From IMG/VR virus record IMGVR_UViG_2698536484_000026: a stretch of 64,000 nt of DNA; one strand, written 5' to 3'. The translations under genes and the position numbers were made by a program. Origin of the DNA: a virus. Its lineage: Duplodnaviria; Heunggongvirae; Uroviricota; Caudoviricetes. Positions within the stretch are counted from its first letter, which is position 1, and each line of letters starts with the position of its first letter. The notes beneath the pieces are model-generated. The model was not told where the DNA came from and did not search any database. It saw only the letters and a program-made list of their open reading frames with translations. Shown here in pieces: positions 29,883 through 39,491 of the stretch.

Positions 29883-30407
29883 TTAAAATGGAAGGATTCG
29901 TTCAACCCAATCGAAGAAAACAAGTATTTTTCTGCCGTCTTCTAACTTAAGAGTGACCTGGCAAGCATCAACGCCTCTTGACACCCCTTCAATTTCACGA
30001 CCGTCTGCCATGTAGACCCTTATAGATTGGTCGTTTTGATAAGCCTTGCGACATATCGCAAAAAAGTCACGGCGTGATGGCTGATTGTCAACATAGTCTG
30101 GATGTATTGTTAGCCTACCTTTGAACTCGCGAGCAATGCCATCGATTACACCTGATTCAATTGTGCTAATGCGCTCAAGTGGGAGTCTTATACGATTTTC
30201 TTTATCATATGGAAGCGGGCATAAATCTAGCTTATTGCGGGAAGGCATTGTCCCCTGAACGTACATGCAAAACACCTGACCGTCTTCAAGCGTGACTCTT
30301 ACAGGAATGTTGTTCTTCCGCCAGAACATAAGTATGTTTTCAGCATGTTCGTAGTCTCGCGGCCAGACTTCAGCCGGTATGCCGTAGGTGATGTCCGATG
30401 TTCTCAT
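29883..30407 (-). CDS. Hypothetical protein (last gene of three-gene AT-rich operon)
   Basis: Start overlaps stop of upstream gene by 4 nt. Confidence 0.45.
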   Translation of the reverse strand: MRTSDITYGIPAEVWPRDYEHAENILMFWRKNNIPVRVTLEDGQVFCMYVQGTMPSRNKLDLCPLPYDKENRIRLPLERISTIESGVIDGIAREFKGRLTIHPDYVDNQPSRRDFFAICRKAYQNDQSIRVYMADGREIEGVSRGVDACQVTLKLEDGRKILVFFDWVERILPF

Positions 30408-31018
30408 TCTGATACTCTTAGAGGTGTTTTCAGCAACCCAAATTTAAATTCTTTGTTACCAACGACAAAGAAGGGAACCTCAACATAGATTTTTTTATCG
30501 ACGGATTTAGAGTTCGCTGTTTTCTGTATGTCACGAACGATACGTTTTGAGGTATTTTCATCGATAAACAATACCTTTCCACTTGTATTCCCTTCAGCCT
30601 TGGCGTAAGTAACGATAGGGTCTTCATTGCCAACCCTAATGTTTACTTGGCAACCTGTTGTAGCCATTTCATCACAGTAAAGTGTGCCGTCTTGAACTTC
30701 TAAAACAATTCCAGATGGCTTCATGGCTTCGTCAGAGCTTACATTAACGTTTTCTGGTACAGCGGTCCCGTTAATTTGCAACCGTAATCTTTCTTTTCCT
30801 CCATTAAGTATTGTTTCTTCTGCGTTGTCTGAGAATCTGAACCAAACTGGCTGATTCAGACCTCGTGATTTGTATTCTACTACATCTTCGGAGGTAAACA
30901 TGCTGTACGTTTTTTGCATGTCAGAGGCGAAATCTGATAATGCGTTGGCGGAAAACGCCGGGAGGCATATACAAGCAAGGAGTAACGAAAGTTTCATTTT
31001 CATATCATGATAATCCAA
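30404..31018 (-). CDS. Secreted or lipoprotein-like protein of unknown function
   Basis: N-terminal MKMKLSLLLACICLPAFSANA signal peptide with possible lipobox LLAC. Confidence 0.5.
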   Translation of the reverse strand: MDYHDMKMKLSLLLACICLPAFSANALSDFASDMQKTYSMFTSEDVVEYKSRGLNQPVWFRFSDNAEETILNGGKERLRLQINGTAVPENVNVSSDEAMKPSGIVLEVQDGTLYCDEMATTGCQVNIRVGNEDPIVTYAKAEGNTSGKVLFIDENTSKRIVRDIQKTANSKSVDKKIYVEVPFFVVGNKEFKFGLLKTPLRVSE

Positions 31019-31507
31019 TTATTTAACATCACACTTTCTAAGTTTTTCTATTTGTTCTAATTTTTCATGATCATCATTTAGATTTCCTTCGACTATCTCC
31101 GTTTCAAGTTTGCTGATTAGCATGTTAAGTGCGTTGTAGTTATTGCATTTTACTTTGTAGGCGTAGTATGACCTTGTCCCTGGTTTTTGTACACCCATAT
31201 CATTAAAGTTAGAGCTTAAAGTATAACCTTCAAGTTCAACCCCTTTTATTGTTGGAAGAATTATATTTAATGGTTCTAATTTAAATGGGTAGATATAAAT
31301 ATGTGATATGAAGTACTCTTCTGAAGAGATTTTCTTCATGTCTTTTGTGATTGAAACTGAATATTTACGGTTCCGAGTGATATAAAATTTTGTGCATCTG
31401 TACAGCTCTAAGTTGAATAGATAATATTTGTCTTTAAAAAGAACATCTTTTCCATGTGATATTTTATGTCGTAAAGAGTTAATTATTTTGTTTATGGAAA
31501 TACTCAT
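31019..31507 (-). CDS. Hypothetical protein (K/I/N/Y-rich)
   Basis: Directly abuts downstream gene; very AT-rich coding sequence. Confidence 0.4.
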   Translation of the reverse strand: MSISINKIINSLRHKISHGKDVLFKDKYYLFNLELYRCTKFYITRNRKYSVSITKDMKKISSEEYFISHIYIYPFKLEPLNIILPTIKGVELEGYTLSSNFNDMGVQKPGTRSYYAYKVKCNNYNALNMLISKLETEIVEGNLNDDHEKLEQIEKLRKCDVK

Positions 31508-31652
31508 CTACAGTATCCGACCTTAGTTATCAATTGAAAAGCCTACAAATATCGTTCTGCCAATCAAGAAATTTTTTCAGCCGGAGGTGTGTACTTCAAA
31601 AAATGTGATGGATGTCACATGCAGGTGCTCTCATACACCTGCATGTAGACTA

Positions 31653-32252
31653 TTAATCATTCAATAATCTATATTTTCTTTTGATTAAATCTTCACCTTT
31701 TTTGGTGAACACAAAACCAAATTGCGATTTTTTGTTCAGCCTCAGTACTCTGTTATCCAACGCATCGGTTGATGGAATCAATGTTTGATCATCTATCCAA
31801 TTAAGTAGCGTAAGAAAGTTCAGCAGCCTCAACGTTGTTGTGCGAAGCTCTTTCGATATATTTTCAATGCTGGCAATTCGTCTTTCTTTTTTCTCAGGTG
31901 GTACAGATAATTGTTCTTGAGGTTTCGTGGATAGATAATCAATTTCGTTTGCTGCATCGAATGATATGTGTGGCGTAATTTTGCTAAAAAAGCCTTTCGC
32001 TGACTCACTTGATAATAAACCAGACCTATTCATATCGTTTGTTATTCTGTACAGGAGTGGACTGTGTTTCATTTCAGGATAACGTTGATAAAAGTTAAGC
32101 AATTCAAAAGCAGCATTAGCACCAACAATAAAATCAGAAGGATCGCTGACTTTCCAGAAAGAATGATTTTTCTTAGCGCCAGTGGTGTCAACAAATGATA
32201 ATTCTTTTAACCAACTCATGATGTGCTCCTTTCTAACAAGTGAGCACATCAT
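31653..32252 (-). CDS. Hypothetical protein
   Basis: Followed on minus strand by a perfect 10-bp inverted repeat CATGCAGGTG/CACCTGCATG. Confidence 0.45.
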   Translation of the reverse strand: MMCSLVRKEHIMSWLKELSFVDTTGAKKNHSFWKVSDPSDFIVGANAAFELLNFYQRYPEMKHSPLLYRITNDMNRSGLLSSESAKGFFSKITPHISFDAANEIDYLSTKPQEQLSVPPEKKERRIASIENISKELRTTTLRLLNFLTLLNWIDDQTLIPSTDALDNRVLRLNKKSQFGFVFTKKGEDLIKRKYRLLND

Positions 32253-32284
32253 AGAATTAGTAGATAGGGGGTAAATATAAAATG

Positions 32285-32563
32285 TTACGGCAACCTGCTC
32301 AGTATTTCCTCTAAATCTTTTTTTGTCATATTGGAGTTTTCATAGATGCGCATGATTTTCTCACGCGTCTTAGCGGAAACCCCAACGGCAGATGTGACTT
32401 TGTCAAATTCAGCCATAGTCATCGTCTCCAGAATGGCATTGATAACTTCAGCCTTAGACATCTTGATTTTTTTCTCTTTGAGTTTTATTTGGAATTTTCC
32501 AAGTTTTTCATTGGCCTTATCAGACAATGCCACTTGGCAATAAGTTGTTTTCTTTTCGCTCAT
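32285..32563 (-). CDS. Hypothetical small protein
   Basis: Coupled to helicase gene stop. Confidence 0.4.
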   Translation of the reverse strand: MSEKKTTYCQVALSDKANEKLGKFQIKLKEKKIKMSKAEVINAILETMTMAEFDKVTSAVGVSAKTREKIMRIYENSNMTKKDLEEILSRLP

Positions 32564-32565
32564 AA

Positions 32566-34125
32566 CTAATCTCGTTTCAGAACTCCAAAATCGAATGCGC
32601 CATCAATAGGCAATACACCTTCCGCAAAGCCAGGTGTGGTGTCGATGATGTGTTTTCGCTCATAAGAGTGAGACAACAGGTATTTGTTGCTAATGTCAAT
32701 GAAATCAGTGATAAAACACACGTTTGCCTGATTCTTCTTGGCTCGTAAGCCACGACCGACACGTTGTCTCATTTCAACTTCTGCTTTCCCACCACCAGCA
32801 AGAATGACCGCACCAACGCTTGGCACATCAACACCGACATCCAGAATAGTCGAGCCTATTAAAACATCTATTTCGCCAGACGCTAAACTGTTCAGCTTTG
32901 CTTGTCTTGTCGCCTGGTTCGATTCCCCATAGATAAAGTCAACTCTAAGGCCTGACTCCTTCATCATCTCCATCAGGATTTGCCCGTGGCGTTTAAGACG
33001 AACTAGAGTCATACAATTGAGAGAATGTTGCTTATAGAGCAATGCCTCGCGCACTATGGCCTCGTTACGTCCCAAATTATACACGATCCCCAACTGATAA
33101 GCCTTTTGGTAGGCGGTGCTCATACCAACTCTAAAATTGAGGTGTTTGTTGGCAAGTTCGGCCTTGATTCTGGCCTCGTCTGGCTTGTAGGCAACTTTAT
33201 GATAAAGGAAGTACGGCTTTGCCAGAATGCCTCGATCAATCAGGTACTTTTCTGTGACTTTAATTTCAATTCGCCCGGCCACCGCCATCAGACGCATGTT
33301 GGCTTCCGTCGAATCCTTCATGAACGGCGTGGCCGTAAGCGCCAGACGATAGTCTGCGTTCACACATAATCTGGCAATGTCATAGAAATTAGAACCTGAA
33401 GACTCATGCGCCTCTTCCAGAATAAGCAGAGACACACTTGAAAGGAAGCGTTTCACCAAGTCCCGACGTTTGAGGTGGTAGCTCTTCTTATCTGGAGTTG
33501 CATCGCGTGGTGGTTCTTCAAGGAAACTTGCCAGAGTTTGAACTGTAGCGACGTTGATATGTCGTGATACCTGGAACTCACCCGAGCCAATGACTCCAAC
33601 CTTTTGGTCTTTTAACCACGGTTCGCCATTTTTGGCGCGGTAGTCGATGGATCTCTGGAAGTTTTCGGCCATTTGAAACATCAGAACAGAGCGGGTTGTT
33701 AAAAATAATGTCATTCGACCGATACGTGCAGCTGCTTTACAGGCAACGTTAGATTTCCCGCCACCAGTAGCGATTTGCGCAATCATCATTCCCTCTCGAA
33801 CTAGTGTTTCCACAGTCTGATCCTGATACGCATAATCAGGATTGTATGGGAATGGGTTAACCGCCGGATTTGGTTTACCAAGCGCCGGGGCTTTGTCTTT
33901 GCGGATATGAACACATCTGATGCCCGCCTTGTTCAAGTTCGCCGCTACAGGCTTGGCAAAGCCAGCAGGGAACGAGTTTTTACTCCAGTTGAACATCGTG
34001 CTTGTGCCCTTCCAGTCGCCAGTCTCGACTTCGTAGCTCAACATTTGCTGCACCAGTTGCTTTACCTTGTCATCTGCGCCAGAAATAAGCGCATTTACTG
34101 CGTTAGATACAATCCGAACAGTCAT
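32566..34125 (-). CDS. Superfamily 2 DEAD/DEAH-box type helicase
   Basis: Walker A ATGGGKS, LILEEAH, LALTATP, RVGRGLR helicase motifs. Confidence 0.7.
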   Translation of the reverse strand: MTVRIVSNAVNALISGADDKVKQLVQQMLSYEVETGDWKGTSTMFNWSKNSFPAGFAKPVAANLNKAGIRCVHIRKDKAPALGKPNPAVNPFPYNPDYAYQDQTVETLVREGMMIAQIATGGGKSNVACKAAARIGRMTLFLTTRSVLMFQMAENFQRSIDYRAKNGEPWLKDQKVGVIGSGEFQVSRHINVATVQTLASFLEEPPRDATPDKKSYHLKRRDLVKRFLSSVSLLILEEAHESSGSNFYDIARLCVNADYRLALTATPFMKDSTEANMRLMAVAGRIEIKVTEKYLIDRGILAKPYFLYHKVAYKPDEARIKAELANKHLNFRVGMSTAYQKAYQLGIVYNLGRNEAIVREALLYKQHSLNCMTLVRLKRHGQILMEMMKESGLRVDFIYGESNQATRQAKLNSLASGEIDVLIGSTILDVGVDVPSVGAVILAGGGKAEVEMRQRVGRGLRAKKNQANVCFITDFIDISNKYLLSHSYERKHIIDTTPGFAEGVLPIDGAFDFGVLKRD

Positions 34126-34189
34126 AAACCTCTTTCCTTAGTGCCTTTTGTATGTTATTTGGCTATTATAATAAGTAAGTGATTACTTA

Positions 34190-34888
34190 GTGGATTGTAG
34201 CAATAAAATGGATGTAAAAATCACGATTTTGCAGGTTGATGTTGCCAACCTTCGCCCGAATACCTGGAACACCAATTCGGTTGGTGCGCAGAATTTTGAA
34301 AAACTGAAAGGTTCTATCGAAAAATTGGGCTTTTTTAAGCCAATTTTGGCTCGTGAACTTGAAGATGGATTTTTTGAAATCCTCGGCGGCGAACATCGCT
34401 GGCGTGCCGCTATTGAGCAAGGAATTTCAACGGTTCCGGTGCTTTCTGTGGGCAAAATTAGCGATGTCGTAGCTAAACAGATGTCACTGGTGGACAACGA
34501 GCGATACGGTGAAGACGACCAAATCGCATTGCAACGCTTCATTGAAGAAATTCAGTCAGAACTTGACTATCAACTGTCTGAAATCGCCCCGTATGACGAC
34601 GAAATCTCGATGGTTTTAGCAAAAGAGGCGGCAATCGACCTTGAAGCACTGGAGGCGTTGTCTCGTGGTAGTGATGAGCCTGTCGATACCGACAAACGAG
34701 AGAAAACCGAACGTGTGGGTGCGGAACATCAGACCATGCGCTTCAAAGTAACTTTCGATGCGTCAGATCGTGTTGCAGAAACCATAAAAAACATCATCAA
34801 AGAGCAGGCTATTAACACCGGTAATGAAATGGAGAACGCTGGTGAGGCTCTGGTGTGGCTGGTCGACTACTACAAGGAGCGTATGTAA
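34190..34888 (+). CDS. ParB N-terminal domain (ParB/Srx fold) protein
   Basis: FEILGGEHRWRAAIEQGISTVPVL. Confidence 0.6.
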   Translation: MDCSNKMDVKITILQVDVANLRPNTWNTNSVGAQNFEKLKGSIEKLGFFKPILARELEDGFFEILGGEHRWRAAIEQGISTVPVLSVGKISDVVAKQMSLVDNERYGEDDQIALQRFIEEIQSELDYQLSEIAPYDDEISMVLAKEAAIDLEALEALSRGSDEPVDTDKREKTERVGAEHQTMRFKVTFDASDRVAETIKNIIKEQAINTGNEMENAGEALVWLVDYYKERM

Positions 34889-35556
34889 TGACCAAAAAGT
34901 TTGAAATCGTATATCGCGACCCGGCAGATCTTATTCCCTATGAGATGAATGCCAAAAAGCATGATGAACAGCAGATCCGAGATCTGGCCGCAGCCATTAA
35001 AAAGCGCGGATTTGACCAGCCAATTACGGTCGATAAGAACGACGTAATTATTACTGGCCACGGCCGCCGTGAGGCTGCAATTTTTGCTGGACTTGAGCGC
35101 GTACCGGTTATTGTTCGCGATGATCTCAGTGATGACGAGGTTCGTGCGAAGCGCCTTGAAGATAACCGACTTGCCAGCATTGATTACGATGCAATTAAGC
35201 TACAGAAAGAGCTTGAGTCGCTTGTTCTGGACGATATCGAGGTTTTCGGCTTTGAAGAGCGTGAGTTGAATGTTCTCGTTGGCAGTATGACAGAAGAAAT
35301 GGACACCGACTCGCTAGTTATCGATCTTGGCGAAGAAACTAAACGACAGAAGGATGAACACACCGAGATCAGTCGTGAAGTTGCAGCGGAAGAAGTACGT
35401 GTTGTCGACGTATTGGGCTTTAAAACGCTCCCTGCTGGCTCTGCCATTGTTGTTGGTGATTTGCTTGCCCACATGGAAGAAATGACGGGAGAAAGCGGGG
35501 TAGACGCATTTGTGGCATATGCGGAGAAGATCTCTTCTGGGGAGATGGCTGCATGA
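34888..35556 (+). CDS. ParB N-terminal domain protein (second tandem copy)
   Basis: ITGHGRREAAIFAGLERVPVIV; ATG overlaps previous stop. Confidence 0.6.
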   Translation: MTKKFEIVYRDPADLIPYEMNAKKHDEQQIRDLAAAIKKRGFDQPITVDKNDVIITGHGRREAAIFAGLERVPVIVRDDLSDDEVRAKRLEDNRLASIDYDAIKLQKELESLVLDDIEVFGFEERELNVLVGSMTEEMDTDSLVIDLGEETKRQKDEHTEISREVAAEEVRVVDVLGFKTLPAGSAIVVGDLLAHMEEMTGESGVDAFVAYAEKISSGEMAA

Positions 35557-36218
35557 GCAAATACATCATCAACGTATCGTTTCAGACACGCGTAAATAAA
35601 ACCACGCGCACGTTGGAAATCGCTGAGTCGTTCGGGCTTGGCCTGGACGAAAAAGAGTGGACGCTTTACGACAATCTGGAGCTGGAAGTGAAGCAGGGCG
35701 ATGTGGTGTATATCACCGGCCAATCCGGTTCCGGCAAATCCGTTGTGCTGCGCGAGTTGCAACGACAGATGAAGGATGAAGGGCTGTCTGTAGCCTCCAT
35801 CGATGATTTTACCTTCGATAATGAGGTTAACGTCATCGATCAGTTGGGCAAAACGACCAGCGATGCGCTTGGGTTGTTATCTATGGCTGGTCTGAACGAT
35901 GCATATCTGTTTGTTCGCAAGCCTTCTGAAATGTCAGACGGTCAGAAATATCGTCTCAAGATTGCCAAACTGATTGAGTCAGGCGCTAAAGTGTGGGCTG
36001 CTGACGAGTTCGGTGCTGTTCTAGACCGTGTAACCGCTCAGGTTGTGGCATCTAACCTCCAGCGTGCCGCTCGAAAGGTTGGTGCGACGGTAATGGTGGC
36101 GACGACTCACGAAGACCTGAAGAACGCGCTGCGCCCGGATATGCAGATCACCAAGCACTACAAAGAACGCGTGAAGGTGGAATATCACAATGGTAGTCAT
36201 GATGAGGTCCATTCATGA
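35553..36218 (+). CDS. ABC-type ATPase domain protein
   Basis: Walker A GQSGSGKS, signature-like SDGQKYRLKIA, Walker B AADEF, H-loop TTHED. Confidence 0.55.
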   Translation: MSKYIINVSFQTRVNKTTRTLEIAESFGLGLDEKEWTLYDNLELEVKQGDVVYITGQSGSGKSVVLRELQRQMKDEGLSVASIDDFTFDNEVNVIDQLGKTTSDALGLLSMAGLNDAYLFVRKPSEMSDGQKYRLKIAKLIESGAKVWAADEFGAVLDRVTAQVVASNLQRAARKVGATVMVATTHEDLKNALRPDMQITKHYKERVKVEYHNGSHDEVHS

Positions 36219-37105
36219 CGGACATCATCATCAAACGCTACCGCCCTGAAGAGTTTCCGCGTCATCTGGACTTTCTGGAGCGAATGACTGTCACAAAGGG
36301 AACTGTAGAGGACTGGCACGCTCTTAAGTCGCTTCACTACAAAACAGACGGCAAACCTTTCGCGCCAACATACTATCGCTGCGAACTGGATGACCGTCTG
36401 GTGGGCGTCGTGGTTATGGCTTACCCGAAACTACTGTTGGCACCTCGCCACCGCATGTTTCCTAAGTTGAAACCAACCACTAATACCACCGTGGCTAACC
36501 AGTACTGGGGTCGGTACGTGAATAACAACTTTGCGGTGATCAGTCGCTCAGTTGTGGATACTCAGTATCGTGGCGTAGGCGTCTCTTATCGAATGATTAA
36601 CCTGGTTAGCAGGATGCATGACCGGCCAATCATTGAGATCCAGTCCTCGATGAGCAAATACAATCCCTTCGCCATGAAAGCAGGGTTTAAGTTCATCCGC
36701 CCTGAGCGACCGAAGAGCTATGAAAGTGCACTGCGTGTGTTCCAGCGCCATTTCCGCTCCGACCCGGGTGATAACGAGGCGATCGTCAAAGAGTTGTTCG
36801 CTATGAGCGAGTCTCGTCGTCGCCGTGCGCTGCGCGATTTGGTGGCGGACTACCATAAGAACAGTTCCCTGGCAAAAGCTGGGCGGAATCGTGGCACGAC
36901 GATTCAGGACATTGCCGACAGTCTGGTGGACGAGGCCAGCATTGTGAAGCTGCTCAAGGACATTCACAACCTGAGCTTTACGTCTCCGTTGTATGGTGTG
37001 TACCGAAACCCTGACTTTGGCCGTCGACTGCCTGACACGCTGCCACTGCTGGCATTCGACAAACAACCTTTGGATAAACCGTTAGAAATTGCTTTACCGG
37101 CATAA
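36215..37105 (+). CDS. Hypothetical protein, possible GNAT-like acetyltransferase fold
   Basis: QYRGVGVSYRMI weakly resembles GNAT motif A; coupled to ATPase gene. Confidence 0.4.
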   Translation: MTDIIIKRYRPEEFPRHLDFLERMTVTKGTVEDWHALKSLHYKTDGKPFAPTYYRCELDDRLVGVVVMAYPKLLLAPRHRMFPKLKPTTNTTVANQYWGRYVNNNFAVISRSVVDTQYRGVGVSYRMINLVSRMHDRPIIEIQSSMSKYNPFAMKAGFKFIRPERPKSYESALRVFQRHFRSDPGDNEAIVKELFAMSESRRRRALRDLVADYHKNSSLAKAGRNRGTTIQDIADSLVDEASIVKLLKDIHNLSFTSPLYGVYRNPDFGRRLPDTLPLLAFDKQPLDKPLEIALPA

Positions 37106-37114
37106 GGATTTGCC

Positions 37115-37381
37115 ATGACGTTAACCGATAAACAAAAGGACATCATCAAAACGCTCAATCTCGGTTATGAGCGAGGTCATCTACTTGACCTGGACGAATT
37201 GCTTGAAGTTTTGCCGTACAAGACAACCAAGCAAAGTATCCAGTTCTCAATTCGCGCTCTGATAAAAAAGGGGCTGGTGGAGAAAGGGCATACGCGCCAA
37301 CGCAGTGACAATCGCTATCACCGCCGAACTCTTGGGTTAACCACTTTAGGTCGAGCCAAAGCGAAGTTACTGGTGATGTAA
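37115..37381 (+). CDS. Small basic protein, possible winged-helix DNA-binding
   Basis: 88 aa, basic; follows GNAT-like gene. Confidence 0.35.
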   Translation: MTLTDKQKDIIKTLNLGYERGHLLDLDELLEVLPYKTTKQSIQFSIRALIKKGLVEKGHTRQRSDNRYHRRTLGLTTLGRAKAKLLVM

Positions 37382-37412
37382 TCGGTCTGGGAGCTTATTT
37401 AAAGACCTGCAT

Positions 37413-37461
37413 CTGTATATATAAATAATAAGTAACTTATTAAATATATACGGAAGCAGGC
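37413..37461. repeat. Conserved element, copy 2 (CTGTATATATAAATAA...TATACGGAAGCAGGCT)
   Basis: About 50-bp match to 6302-6351; both followed by CCAGACCT within 30 bp. Confidence 0.5.
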
Positions 37462-37576
37462 TTCGTAAGACATGCCAGACCTAATTAAACACCCCAGAAA
37501 ACAAGTTGGTTAGCAGATGCAGTAAACAAGTTGTTTTAGAGCGCATGGACGCGCTCTGTGTGTTTTAGAGGGATCT

Positions 37577-38209
37577 ATGACGGTCGAAAAAGACGAGGTA
37601 AAAACTCGCCTGACACCAGCGGAGTGGGCCGAAGCTGAAGCCAAATGGACGTCAGGCGAATATACACTCTCAAAGCTTGAGGAAGAGTACGGCATTCGTC
37701 GTGAAACACTCTCCAGACATTTCAAAAAGCGAGGATTAGAGAAAGGCGCGGACTCTGTTGGGAAGATGGTTCGTGAGTCTCTTAAATCTGACGCAGAGCT
37801 TCGCGCTAAAGCCCGTGCGGAAAAGATAGAAGAACGTCGTACACGTTATGACGGCTGGGCGTATGCGTTGGGGCAGATGGTGATGGTCGAAGTCACTACG
37901 GCCAAACGTGAGGGTAAGCCTTTAGGGGCGATTGAGGATTCTCTCAAGAGCTTACAGAGAGCCAGTAATACCCTTGCAAAATGCTTTGAAGTTTCGTCCA
38001 AAGCATTGGGCATGGATCATGCGGAAAATGACGAGGAAGAAATTCCGAACCTGGTATTTGGTGAGCTTACGCCTTCCCAGGTGGCGAAATTACGTCAGGA
38101 AGACGACGAGCCTGAAATCATCGATGACGAATTGCTTGAGACGTTGGAAGAAGAAGCTCTAAGCGAATTTGATGCGACAGATGATGGAAGTGAAGGGGAG
38201 GACGAATAA
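37577..38209 (+). CDS. Putative terminase small subunit
   Basis: HTH-like N-terminus, acidic C-terminal tail; stop overlaps TerL start. Confidence 0.5.
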   Translation: MTVEKDEVKTRLTPAEWAEAEAKWTSGEYTLSKLEEEYGIRRETLSRHFKKRGLEKGADSVGKMVRESLKSDAELRAKARAEKIEERRTRYDGWAYALGQMVMVEVTTAKREGKPLGAIEDSLKSLQRASNTLAKCFEVSSKALGMDHAENDEEEIPNLVFGELTPSQVAKLRQEDDEPEIIDDELLETLEEEALSEFDATDDGSEGEDE

Positions 38210-39465
38210 TGGCAATCCCGTCCTCGCTCAGTCTTGTGCAACTGCATTCTGGACAGATGAAAGTCTTCCAGTCTCCGCATCGATTTAAAGTTGTTTGTGC
38301 TGGTCGACGCTGGGGAAAATCCCGGTTGTCGATCTCCACTATTATTCGTGCGGCGGCAAAGGAAAAAAAGCAAAGGGTCTGGTATGTCGCTCCTACTTAC
38401 CAGATGGCTCGCCAGATTTTGTGGGACGATCTACAGGAAGTTCTGCCTCGTAAGTGGGTTAGGAAAAAGAACGACACCACGATGACAATCGTGTTGAAGA
38501 ACGGTTCGGAGATCGCCCTCAAAGGTGCTGATAAGCCTGACACTCTGCGCGGCGTAGCGTTGCATTTTGTAGTGCTTGATGAATTTCAGGATATGAAGGC
38601 TGACACCTGGTACAAGGTGTTACGACCTACTCTTTCATCGACACGCGGCGGTGCACTGATCATTGGTACGCCAAAAGGCTTCTCGGAATTTCACAAACTG
38701 TGGACTATAGGCCAGAACGTAGAGCTGCAAAGAAAGGGACAGTGGAAGAGCTGGCAGTTTGTAACTGCCGATTCTCCGTTTGTACCTACGGCGGAAATTG
38801 AAGCTGCTAAGAACGATATGGACCCCAAATCGTTCGCTCAGGAGTACCTGGCCAGCTTTGAGAACATGTCCGGGCGCGTTTACTACCCGTTCGATCGTAA
38901 CGTGCATGTAAAACCGCTTCAGTTCAACCCTCGGTTGCCTATATGGGTAGGGCAGGACTTCAACATTGACCCGATGTCTTCAGTAATTTTGCAACCTCAG
39001 CCAAATGGTGAGCTATGGGCAATTGATGAATTGGTGCTCTTTTCCTCTAACACGGCAGAAGTTTGTGATGAGCTTGAGAGACGCTTCTGGCGCTGGAAAT
39101 CACAGGTAACGGTATTTCCAGATCCGGCAGGTGCTTATCGCCAACATGCTCGTGGGGAGTCTGACGTAGACATATTCAAAGAGAAGGGATTCTTACGTGT
39201 CGATTATTCGAAAAAGCACCCGCCAATTGCGGATCGTGTTAATGCTGTTAACCGAATGCTGATGTCCGCATCTGGAGATATCCGGCTGTATATCGATCCG
39301 AAGTGCAAGCATTTGATTGATTCACTGGAAAAAGTCATCTACAAGCCTGGAACACGAGATATGGATAAGACGGGTGGCATTGAGCATAGTGCAGACGCAT
39401 TGGGCTATCCAGTACATCGTAGGTATCCAGTCAAAAACCGTGTTATTCTTGGTGGTTCTAGATAG
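38209..39465 (+). CDS. Terminase large subunit
   Basis: Walker A CAGRRWGKS and Walker B VVLDEFQDM; upstream of portal. Confidence 0.8.
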   Translation: MAIPSSLSLVQLHSGQMKVFQSPHRFKVVCAGRRWGKSRLSISTIIRAAAKEKKQRVWYVAPTYQMARQILWDDLQEVLPRKWVRKKNDTTMTIVLKNGSEIALKGADKPDTLRGVALHFVVLDEFQDMKADTWYKVLRPTLSSTRGGALIIGTPKGFSEFHKLWTIGQNVELQRKGQWKSWQFVTADSPFVPTAEIEAAKNDMDPKSFAQEYLASFENMSGRVYYPFDRNVHVKPLQFNPRLPIWVGQDFNIDPMSSVILQPQPNGELWAIDELVLFSSNTAEVCDELERRFWRWKSQVTVFPDPAGAYRQHARGESDVDIFKEKGFLRVDYSKKHPPIADRVNAVNRMLMSASGDIRLYIDPKCKHLIDSLEKVIYKPGTRDMDKTGGIEHSADALGYPVHRRYPVKNRVILGGSR

Positions 39466-39491
39466 GTAAGTAATTACCTAAGGTTATTCAA

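Noticed and set aside
36548-37066. 172-aa minus-strand ORF
   Set aside because: Antisense to the coupled + strand GNAT-like gene in a strictly + strand operon.
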